Shown here piece by piece: positions 17,605-25,183 of a DNA stretch of 35,897 nt (position 1 is the stretch's first letter; the number at the start of each line of letters is the position of its first letter). Under the pieces are notes generated by a model, which saw nothing but the letters and a program-made list of their open reading frames with translations, did not search any database and had not been told where the DNA came from. The position numbers and the translations under genes were made by a program. The DNA comes from an uncultured Erysipelotrichaceae bacterium (GTDB lineage: Bacteria > Bacillota_I > Bacilli_A > RF39 > UBA660), in assembly GCA_902782535.1 (NCBI GenBank), contig CACZNM010000069.1:1-35897 (forward strand). Reading direction: 5' to 3'.

Positions 17605-19560
17605 ATGAGGGAAGTATTTAATAAAATTAATTTAAAGAATATTTTAAAAAGATATTTATTGTTTTTTGTTTTTTTGTTATTTCAAGAATTTTTCTTTAAA
17701 TTCGTTGTTTTTAATGAATTTGAATTAGAAAGCATTATTAATATTGTTTTGTTATCAAGTATTCTTGCAGCATTATTAAGTATTATTACAAGCGTTTTTA
17801 ATAAAAAATCCAATAATGTTATTACACCAATAATTTTGTTTTTGATAGGCTTTTTGTTTAATGTCCAAATAGTATTTTATAATACTTTTAAGACTTTCTT
17901 TTCTTTAACTATCTTAGGACTTGGTGATCAGTTAGAAAGTTTTATGAAAGAAACTTTCCAGGCGATAATTGATAATTGTATATATATATTAGTATTTTTT
18001 CTACCATTTATTATTTATTTGATATTTAGAAAAAAGATTAATTTATCTAAGAATAAACGAGGTAGTGTTTTCGCTTATTTAGTGATTATCTTTATGTCGT
18101 TATCAATATTTACTTTTCATATGATGCTAACTAAAGGTAATGAAAATAGTACATATTCTTTATATTTTAAGGTTAATTCTCCTTCTTTAAATATTAATAA
18201 ATTGGGAGTATTAAATAGTTATTTTGTTGATTTAAATCGCTTAGTATTTGGTTTTGAAGAAGATGTAGAGGTAATTGAAGAACAAGAAGAAATTAATGAG
18301 CCTACTGAAGTAGAAGAAATTGTTTATGGAATGAATACATTGGATATTAGTTTTGATAAAGAAACAAATAATAAAGAAATAAAGACAATTAATACATATA
18401 TGAATAATACTCTAGGTAGTGAAAAAAATCAGTATACAGGAATGTTTAAAGATTATAATTTAGTATATATTGTAGCGGAAAGTTTCTCAGAAATTGGTGT
18501 TAGCGAAGAATTAACACCGACGCTTTATAAATTAACACATTCAGGTTTTATCTTTAATAATTATTATACGCCGAATACTCTATCGACTATTGGTGGGGAA
18601 TTTCAAGCGTTAACAGGTATTTATCCTGATTCAAGTATTCTTTCGAAATGGCGTAAGGGAAGTAATTATTTTCCTTATGGTCTTGGTAAAATATATAAAG
18701 ACTTAGGTTATAGTACTTTCGCTTATCATAATAATTGGTATGGATTTCAAGATCGTCATAAATATTTAAAAAGTCAAGGATTTACTAATTACTTAGGTTG
18801 CTATAACGGTATGGAAAAGCGAATGAACTGTAAAGCATGGCCACAAAGTGACTTGGAAATGATGAAAGCAACAATGAAAGATTATATAAATAGTGATAAT
18901 CCTTTCTTAGCATATTATATGACGGTATCAGGACATTTTTCTTATAACTTTAGTGATAATAGTATGGCTAATAAAAATAAAAAATATGTTAATAACTTAA
19001 ATGTTTCAACCGCTGCTAAAGCATATGTAGCGACACAAATAGAACTTGATAAAGCCTTAGAGTACTTAATTACAACATTAGAAGAAAATAATAAATTAGA
19101 TAGCACAGTTATTGTTTTATTAGCAGATCATTATCCATATAAATTATCAATAAAAGATGTTAATTCACTATCTAGTTATAATCGTGATAGTGTGGTAGAA
19201 GTTAATCATAATAATTTAATATTATGGAATAATAATATGGATAGTGTTACTATTGAAAAAGTGTGTATGTCAAGTGATGTTATACCAACAATTTATAATT
19301 TATTTGGAATAGAGTTTGATTCAAGATTGTTTACAGGACGTGATATTTTATCTACTAGTGATGGTCTTGCCATTATGAGTAATCGAAGTTGGGTAACTGA
19401 TAAGGGAACATATTTTGCAAATCAAACGAAATTTGTACCAAAAGAGGGAGTAGAAGTAGAGGATGATTATGTTTCAAATATCAATGGTATTGTAAAAAAC
19501 AGATTAAATATAGGAAAGTTAATAATTAAAAATGATTATTATAAATATTTATTGAAGTAG
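17605..19560 (+). CDS. ltaS: LTA synthase family protein (LtaS-type sulfatase-fold, membrane-anchored)
   Basis: 651 aa. About five N-terminal TM helices and an acidic linker precede an extracellular alkaline-phosphatase/sulfatase-fold domain (YIVAESFSE, LSTIGGEFQALTG, VSGHF, LLADHYPY). Confidence 0.8.
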   Translation: MREVFNKINLKNILKRYLLFFVFLLFQEFFFKFVVFNEFELESIINIVLLSSILAALLSIITSVFNKKSNNVITPIILFLIGFLFNVQIVFYNTFKTFFSLTILGLGDQLESFMKETFQAIIDNCIYILVFFLPFIIYLIFRKKINLSKNKRGSVFAYLVIIFMSLSIFTFHMMLTKGNENSTYSLYFKVNSPSLNINKLGVLNSYFVDLNRLVFGFEEDVEVIEEQEEINEPTEVEEIVYGMNTLDISFDKETNNKEIKTINTYMNNTLGSEKNQYTGMFKDYNLVYIVAESFSEIGVSEELTPTLYKLTHSGFIFNNYYTPNTLSTIGGEFQALTGIYPDSSILSKWRKGSNYFPYGLGKIYKDLGYSTFAYHNNWYGFQDRHKYLKSQGFTNYLGCYNGMEKRMNCKAWPQSDLEMMKATMKDYINSDNPFLAYYMTVSGHFSYNFSDNSMANKNKKYVNNLNVSTAAKAYVATQIELDKALEYLITTLEENNKLDSTVIVLLADHYPYKLSIKDVNSLSSYNRDSVVEVNHNNLILWNNNMDSVTIEKVCMSSDVIPTIYNLFGIEFDSRLFTGRDILSTSDGLAIMSNRSWVTDKGTYFANQTKFVPKEGVEVEDDYVSNINGIVKNRLNIGKLIIKNDYYKYLLK

Positions 19561-19568
19561 AGGAAAAT

Positions 19569-20357
19569 ATGGATTTATTAGAAAGAATAGTTAGATGTGA
19601 AGAAAAAAAAGAGATTGATGAGATAGTTACTGAAGAAGTAAAAAGGGTTAATTTGAATGCAAAAAAAATGAAAAAAATGAGTGTTGTGGAAGATGCGAAT
19701 GACAAATGTTTATATAGAGGATTTATTCCTTCTGATGGTGATAATAAATTAACAGATGGTTTTAATCTTTTTGGCATTGATATAACAGATGTTTTTTATG
19801 AATTTGCATATTATGTAAATCAAATGGATTTAAGAAATAATACGGCATTAATATACGGACTAGAGTATTTCTTAACTAATTATGTTTTAAAACATAAAAA
19901 CATCGATTTTAATAATGCATTTACTCATCATATCTGTCGAATAATGGGTTATAAAGAAAAACCAGAAAATAACATAGATATTAAAAAAACAGTTCTTGCA
20001 GAACAAATATTAAGTTTATTTGACGTAGATACATATTTATGTTTAGGAACAATGGAAAAAGATAATATTCCTTGTTTGCATGGATTTAATATTATTAAAA
20101 GGCAAATAGGATATTTAATTGTCGATTATGATTTACCAGTTCACTCATATCGATATGGTGATGTTCTTATTGCAGATTATCCGTTTGTTGAACCAATAAA
20201 CAATATTGAGTTTGACGATTTTATTCATAATGGGGAACTAAAAGAATTTCAAGATTATAATTTTGTAAATGATAATAAGAGAAAATTAATACGAAAAAGA
20301 GGATATATTGTAAAAAAATATAAAGCTAAAAAAGAAAATAACACGAAAAAAATTTAA
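19569..20357 (+). CDS. hypothetical cytoplasmic protein (262 aa)
   Basis: The ORF starts 8 nt after the ltaS stop and ends 18 nt before the GT4 gene. It has no TM segment or signal peptide, and a basic Lys-rich C-terminus. Cys123/His171/Asp186 spacing is noted but not assigned. Confidence 0.6.
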   Translation: MDLLERIVRCEEKKEIDEIVTEEVKRVNLNAKKMKKMSVVEDANDKCLYRGFIPSDGDNKLTDGFNLFGIDITDVFYEFAYYVNQMDLRNNTALIYGLEYFLTNYVLKHKNIDFNNAFTHHICRIMGYKEKPENNIDIKKTVLAEQILSLFDVDTYLCLGTMEKDNIPCLHGFNIIKRQIGYLIVDYDLPVHSYRYGDVLIADYPFVEPINNIEFDDFIHNGELKEFQDYNFVNDNKRKLIRKRGYIVKKYKAKKENNTKKI

Positions 20358-20375
20358 TAAGTAGGAGGTTTTATA

Positions 20376-21545
20376 ATGAAGAAAAAAATTACAATTGGCC
20401 TTTTTACGGATTCTTTCTTTCCAATGGCTGATGGTGTATGCATGGTTGTTGATAACTATGCAAGAAGATTAATTAAATATGCAGACGTATATGTTTTCGC
20501 ACCACGTTATAGCGAAGAATTTGATGATACAAAACTTCCATATGAAGTTATAAGGTGTAAGTCTATTAAAGTACCGTTTATTGATTATCCTTTACCTCTT
20601 CCAAAAGTTGATAGAGCTTTTAGAAAAAAAATTGATAGTTATAAATTAGATATTGTTCACATTCATTCACCTTTTACAATTGGAAAAGAAGGATTATTAT
20701 ATGGAAAACGTCATAATGTTCCCGTTGTTGGTACGATGCATAGTCAATTTAAACAAGATTTTATGCGCGCTGTTAAGAATAATTTATTAGCAACAAAACT
20801 TAATAATACATTGATTAGATTATTTAATAAATGTGATGAATGTTGGGCAGTTAATAAGGAAGTTGCACGTATTTTTTATGAAGATTATGGCTATAAATGT
20901 CTTCCTAAAACAATGAATAATGCAACGGAGATGTTACCATTAAAAAATCGTAAAGAAGCATGTGATTTAATTAATAAAAGACATCATTTAAAAGATGAAA
21001 AGATTCTTATTTTTGTAGGAAGAATTAACAATTTAAAAAATATTTTCTTCATTATCGATGCTTTAGTTGAACTTAATAAAATAAATAAAGATTTAAATTA
21101 TAAAATGTTATTTGTAGGAAAAGGACAAGATGAAGAAGAATTAAAAAGAAGAATTAAAAAGAATCATTTAGAAGAAAAAGTAATTATGTGTGGTAAAATA
21201 ACCGATCGAGAGTTACTCGCTAGTTATTATGTAAGAAGTGACTTGTTTTTGTTTCCATCATACTATGATGCATCAAGTATTGTTCAAATTGAATCAGCAA
21301 GTCAAAAAAAACCAGTTTTATTTTTGAAAGATTCGGCAACAAGTGCCACCGTTACAAATAATGTTGATGGTTTTATAGAAGAATTTGATGTTAAAAAGTA
21401 TGCTAAAAGAATTAATGATATTATTACCAATGAAAAAATGCTAAAGGAAGTTGGTGAAAATGCTTATCATAATTTATATAAAAATTGGGATAATGCTATA
21501 GAGGAAGTATATAATGAATATCTAAGGTTAATTGATGAACATTAA
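20376..21545 (+). CDS. GT4-family glycosyltransferase, probable diacylglycerol glycosyltransferase (glycolipid/LTA anchor synthesis)
   Basis: The N-terminal IGLFTDSFFPMADGV motif is typical of GT4 monoglycosyl-DAG synthases. The C-terminal region FPSYYDASSIVQIESASQKKPVL is present. RBS AGGAGG is present. Confidence 0.8.
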   Translation: MKKKITIGLFTDSFFPMADGVCMVVDNYARRLIKYADVYVFAPRYSEEFDDTKLPYEVIRCKSIKVPFIDYPLPLPKVDRAFRKKIDSYKLDIVHIHSPFTIGKEGLLYGKRHNVPVVGTMHSQFKQDFMRAVKNNLLATKLNNTLIRLFNKCDECWAVNKEVARIFYEDYGYKCLPKTMNNATEMLPLKNRKEACDLINKRHHLKDEKILIFVGRINNLKNIFFIIDALVELNKINKDLNYKMLFVGKGQDEEELKRRIKKNHLEEKVIMCGKITDRELLASYYVRSDLFLFPSYYDASSIVQIESASQKKPVLFLKDSATSATVTNNVDGFIEEFDVKKYAKRINDIITNEKMLKEVGENAYHNLYKNWDNAIEEVYNEYLRLIDEH

Positions 21546-21651
21546 AAGAGTTTATAAAGGGGAGTGATATAAAGATGTATAATAATCTTTATAATTCACC
21601 ATATAATAGTCAAAATATATATCCAACTAATAATAAAAATAAAAGATAAAT

Positions 21652-21680
21652 TTGCTTTTTTATCTAAAATATAGTATAAT
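21652..21680 (+). promoter_or_regulatory. sigmaA-type promoter of the DUF1292 (copy 2)-metallophosphoesterase operon
   Basis: TTGCTT - 17 nt - TATAAT. Confidence 0.5.
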
Positions 21681-21703
21681 ACGAGTTGTCGGAGGAAAAT
21701 GTT

Positions 21704-21946
21704 GTGAATATTAAGAATTTAAGAGTGGTTGAAAATGGTGAAGTAAAAGAATATGATGTATTATTTACTTTAAAAGATGAAAAGAAAAATAAAGAATTTA
21801 TTATTTACACCGATTTGAATAGTGACATAGATATATATGCTGCTTTGTATAATGCAAAAGAAAACAGGATAGAGTATATTGATAATCCCGATGATCAAAT
21901 AATGATTGATAAGGTTATTAAAATAGTTAAAGAAAGTTCGAAATAG
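21704..21946 (+). CDS. DUF1292-family small protein (copy 2)
   Basis: ENGEVKEYDVLFTL....KEFIIYTD...IYAALYN parallels copy 1. GTG 21704 has GGAGG 8 nt upstream. The track start TTG 21686 falls at the predicted transcription start, so I consider it less likely. Confidence 0.6.
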   Translation: MNIKNLRVVENGEVKEYDVLFTLKDEKKNKEFIIYTDLNSDIDIYAALYNAKENRIEYIDNPDDQIMIDKVIKIVKESSK

Positions 21947-21962
21947 TTAGGGGGAATGAAAA

Positions 21963-23105
21963 ATGGTTATTGAAAACTTTAATGGAAGAATCGTAAAAAA
22001 TGCTGTTGACAGTAAAAAACTTGATCTTGGTAAAAAGATAAGAACACTTACTATCGCTGATTTACATGGATATACAAGTAATGAAAAAAAAGCAAAAAGA
22101 TTAGCAGAAGTAATTAAAAGAGAAGAACCAGATATTATCTTTATCGCTGGAGATATTTTTAATACTGGTTATAAGTGGGAAGGCGGAGCTAAATTAGAAC
22201 AATTTAGAAGATTTATTCAAAATTTGTCAGAAGTTGCACCTGTATGTATTTCATGGGGAAATCATGATATGATAGGTATGACTGAAGATACAAAAGATGA
22301 AAGAATAAAAAATCTTCGTGAATTAGAAAATGCTCGACCAGGGAAAGTATTTCCACTTTATAATGATAAAGTATTTATTAACGGAATGGAGATTATCGGT
22401 TTTGTACCACCATATGAATTGATGGGAGGACCTGGATTAAAGACACAGGTTCATGGTAGAGCTCATGATGATTTTATTAAGTTATACAACGCTAATGGTA
22501 TTAAATTTGAGAATAAACCTGGTTATGTAACAGTGAATTTAGGTCATGATCCACATTTAATTGCAGCAGCTGAAAATGATATTGGGTTAGGAGATTTATC
22601 TGTTTGTGATTTCTTTATCGCTGGTCATTTGCATGATGGATATAAAGTAGTATTAGAATTTTTAGAGCGCATGAAAAAAAGATTTTCATTAAGAGGTAAA
22701 GGCTTTAAATCATTAGATCTTGAAAATTCGTTAAAATATGATCTTGGTTGGACAGATCAACCTGGTAGAATTCTTGATAAGGATGGAAATCCAATTAAAA
22801 GAGGTGTGTTACCATTTTACTTTGGGAAGATTAATTTATGTCGTGGTATAGTTTATTTTGATGATGCTGCTCAACAAAAATTCTTACAAACACCAGACGG
22901 TACTTTCTGTAAAAATATCGCCACTGAAGCAAATGTTCAAACATGGGAACCAGTATTAGAAGAGACTGCAAGAAATGAAATTTTGAAAAATAATTTACAT
23001 TTTATGCTTATCTCTGAAGGTATTGAACCAGCATTTATGGCTAGAGAGAAAAATGCAACAATTAATGTTGTTGATATAGAAGGTAAAAAAAGAAAACGTA
23101 AATAG
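21963..23105 (+). CDS. calcineurin-like metallophosphoesterase
   Basis: 380 aa with the five motifs in order: IADLHGY, IAGDIFN, WGNHD, LGHDPH, AGHLHDG. RBS AGGGGGAATGA is present. Confidence 0.8.
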   Translation: MVIENFNGRIVKNAVDSKKLDLGKKIRTLTIADLHGYTSNEKKAKRLAEVIKREEPDIIFIAGDIFNTGYKWEGGAKLEQFRRFIQNLSEVAPVCISWGNHDMIGMTEDTKDERIKNLRELENARPGKVFPLYNDKVFINGMEIIGFVPPYELMGGPGLKTQVHGRAHDDFIKLYNANGIKFENKPGYVTVNLGHDPHLIAAAENDIGLGDLSVCDFFIAGHLHDGYKVVLEFLERMKKRFSLRGKGFKSLDLENSLKYDLGWTDQPGRILDKDGNPIKRGVLPFYFGKINLCRGIVYFDDAAQQKFLQTPDGTFCKNIATEANVQTWEPVLEETARNEILKNNLHFMLISEGIEPAFMAREKNATINVVDIEGKKRKRK

Positions 23106-23122
23106 TTTTAAGAAAATAAATT

Positions 23123-23154
23123 CTTTCATATCGTAATAGATATGAAAGTTTTTT
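23123..23154 (+). terminator. rho-independent terminator after the metallophosphoesterase gene (hairpin copy 1)
   Basis: A perfect 10-bp stem CTTTCATATC / GATATGAAAG has the loop GTAATA, followed by T6. Confidence 0.8.
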
Positions 23155-23176
23155 GTTAAATTATTTGTTAAATTAT
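23153..23176 (+). repeat. perfect tandem 12-bp direct repeat TTGTTAAATTAT x2 (a third partial copy is the -35 at 23182)
   Basis: Read directly: TTGTTAAATTAT TTGTTAAATTAT TAAAC TTGTTAT. Confidence 0.8.
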
Positions 23177-23181
23177 TAAAC

Positions 23182-23210
23182 TTGTTATGCAAATTACATT
23201 ATGCTATAAT
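23182..23210 (+). promoter_or_regulatory. sigmaA-type extended -10 promoter of the PHP gene
   Basis: TTGTTA - 17 nt - TATAAT, with TG at the extended -10 position (TGCTATAAT). Confidence 0.6.
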
Positions 23211-23236
23211 AAAAAAATAGGGAAGGTTTATAAAAG

Positions 23237-24322
23237 ATGAAAACAGATGCAAATGTTGAAATATTTGGATTGCATAATCATATTAGTTCTTTATCGTCTG
23301 AAGAAAAAATACATTTTTTGGACGAATGTTTAACTAATAAGGCTAATGTCGTATCAATAACTGACCATCGTACTTTGTCATCGTATTACAAATTGTTTAT
23401 GTCATTATCAGAGGAGCAAATTCAAAAATATCGAAACATTCGTTTTGTTATTGGAATGGAATTAACTGGCGTTTTCCCTTTTATTGATTGTCAAAATAAT
23501 AAAAGAAATATTGTTATGGATATTCTTTGTTATAATATTGATATAGAGAAATATTATAAATTATGGCATTTTATAGAAAGTCATTATACTGATTATATGA
23601 ATACTAGAGAATTTCAAGTATCTGAATTACAAAGATTGATTAAAATAGCAAAACAACAAGGTTTTAAAGCTGACTATGATAAATTAACAATTAATGATGA
23701 AAATCCTTTTGCTGCCAATACTTTATCATATGCTTTGATAGATTCTAAATACGTCGATTATAATTTATCAATGGGACTACTTCCTGAATTTGTAACAAAC
23801 CCACGTACTTTTTTTAATCGTTATTGTAAAGCAGATACGCCTTTTTATTTAGATTTATCACCTTTTTTTCCACCAATTCAAGAAGTTATTAATGCCATAA
23901 TTGAATGTGGTGCATTGCCATTTCTTGATCATCCAGCAGCGTATTTCCCTAAAAGTCAAGATAAGATAGATAATCGAATTGCTTGGCTTAATAGCCGTAA
24001 ATTTGTTATTGATTTTTTCCAAAATACAAAAGGTGTTAAAGGCCTAGAAATAATTCATCCATCTTTTTTAAGGGAGAAAGATTATTATCAATTTTTGGAA
24101 AATTATTCCCGTGTTTTTCATTTATATGTAAGTGGGGGAACTGATTATCATAAAAATGGCGAGAGAATTACTACTGATCTTTTTGGTCATAATATTACTA
24201 GCGAGCGACTTTATAATTTTGAAGAATGGGCGAAAATTTATACTATAGAAGAATTAAAGAATATTGTTGAAATGATAAATACAGTAGAAGGTTTGGATAA
24301 AAAAAAGAAGAATTCCAAATGA
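23237..24322 (+). CDS. PHP-domain (polymerase/histidinol-phosphatase-like) metal-dependent phosphoesterase
   Basis: 361 aa with metal-ligand motifs in PHP order: GLHNHISS, SITDH, GMELTG, LDHPAAY, IIHPSF, GGTDYH. It has its own strong promoter and terminator. Confidence 0.7.
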   Translation: MKTDANVEIFGLHNHISSLSSEEKIHFLDECLTNKANVVSITDHRTLSSYYKLFMSLSEEQIQKYRNIRFVIGMELTGVFPFIDCQNNKRNIVMDILCYNIDIEKYYKLWHFIESHYTDYMNTREFQVSELQRLIKIAKQQGFKADYDKLTINDENPFAANTLSYALIDSKYVDYNLSMGLLPEFVTNPRTFFNRYCKADTPFYLDLSPFFPPIQEVINAIIECGALPFLDHPAAYFPKSQDKIDNRIAWLNSRKFVIDFFQNTKGVKGLEIIHPSFLREKDYYQFLENYSRVFHLYVSGGTDYHKNGERITTDLFGHNITSERLYNFEEWAKIYTIEELKNIVEMINTVEGLDKKKKNSK

Positions 24323-24349
24323 ATAAATGATTCCTTTTATATCACAATA
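24321..24349 (+). promoter_or_regulatory. candidate forespore-type (sigmaF/sigmaG-like) promoter nested in the terminator hairpin upstream of the sigma gene
   Basis: GAATA - 17 nt - CACAATA, compared with the remembered consensus GHATR - 17/18 - CATxHTA (one mismatch). The -35 overlaps the PHP stop codon, and the -10 occupies the hairpin loop. Confidence 0.35.
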
Positions 24350-24367
24350 GATATGAAAGGATTTTTT
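24332..24367 (+). terminator. rho-independent terminator after the PHP gene (hairpin copy 2), overlapping the sigma-factor RBS
   Basis: A 12-bp stem TCCTTTTATATC / GATATGAAAGGA (one G-U pair) has the loop ACAATA, followed by T6 and then ATG 24368. Confidence 0.75.
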
Positions 24368-25141
24368 ATGGCTAAATATAAAGTGGATATAAGTGGTGTT
24401 AATACAAATGATTTAATAGTATTAAGTAATGAAGAGACAATTGAATTATTTAAAAAGTATCAAAATAATCATGATTTATCGATTAAAGAAAAATTAATTA
24501 ATGGTAATTTGAAATTAGTTTTAGCAATACTTAAAAAATACACAAATAGAATAGATAATTTAGATGATTTATTTCAAATAGGGGTAATTGGCCTTATTAA
24601 AGCGATTGATAATTTTGATATAAGTTATGGATTAAAACTTAGTACATATGCTTGTCCTATGATAAGCGGAGAAATAAGAAGATATTTACGAGATAATAAT
24701 ATGTTAAGAGTATCAAGGTCACTCAAGGATTTAGCATACAAAACGATGCAAATGAAAGAGTTTCTTACTAACAAAAACGGTTGTGTACCAACATATTTAG
24801 AAATTGCGGAAAAATTAGGGGTTAGTGAAACTGATGTTTTAGTGGCAATTGAATCAACATATGAACCTACAAGTATCTATACGCCTATTTATAATGATGG
24901 AGGAGACACTATCTATTTATTTGAACAAATTGAGGATAAAAAAATAAGCGATATAGGAAATAAGATGGCTATAGAAAATGCTATTAATAATTTAACAAAA
25001 AGAGAACGTGATATTTTAAATGACAGGTATCTAATCGGTAAGACACAAACAGAAATATCAGAAGAATTAGGTATTAGTCAAGCACAAGTATCAAGAATAG
25101 AAACGGGAGCTATTAATACTTTAAAAAAAATATTGAGATAA
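24368..25141 (+). CDS. sigG: group-3 sigma-70 family sigma factor of the sporulation SigF/SigG type, closest by eye to SigG
   Basis: Motifs are DDLFQIGVIGLIKAIDNFD (region 2), GEIRRYLRDNNMLRVSRSLKDLAYK, PIYNDGGDTIYLFEQI and GISQAQVSRIE (region 4 HTH). I chose ATG 24368, which has AAAGGA 6 nt upstream. Track start 24353 has no SD. Confidence 0.85.
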   Translation: MAKYKVDISGVNTNDLIVLSNEETIELFKKYQNNHDLSIKEKLINGNLKLVLAILKKYTNRIDNLDDLFQIGVIGLIKAIDNFDISYGLKLSTYACPMISGEIRRYLRDNNMLRVSRSLKDLAYKTMQMKEFLTNKNGCVPTYLEIAEKLGVSETDVLVAIESTYEPTSIYTPIYNDGGDTIYLFEQIEDKKISDIGNKMAIENAINNLTKRERDILNDRYLIGKTQTEISEELGISQAQVSRIETGAINTLKKILR

Positions 25142-25183
25142 AAGGTAGTATTGTGATAGAATATACTAGTAGGGTGATAATAT

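Noticed and set aside
21963-24322. Metallophosphoesterase plus PHP-domain gene as a possible nuclease-type defence pair (SbcD-like?)
   Set aside because: The two genes are separated by a strong terminator and an independent promoter. There is no SbcC/ATPase, helicase, methylase, toxin or mobile-element neighbour. The LGHDPH/GHLHDG motifs look like YkuE/YaeI-type phosphoesterases rather than Mre11/SbcD. I see no support for a defence system.
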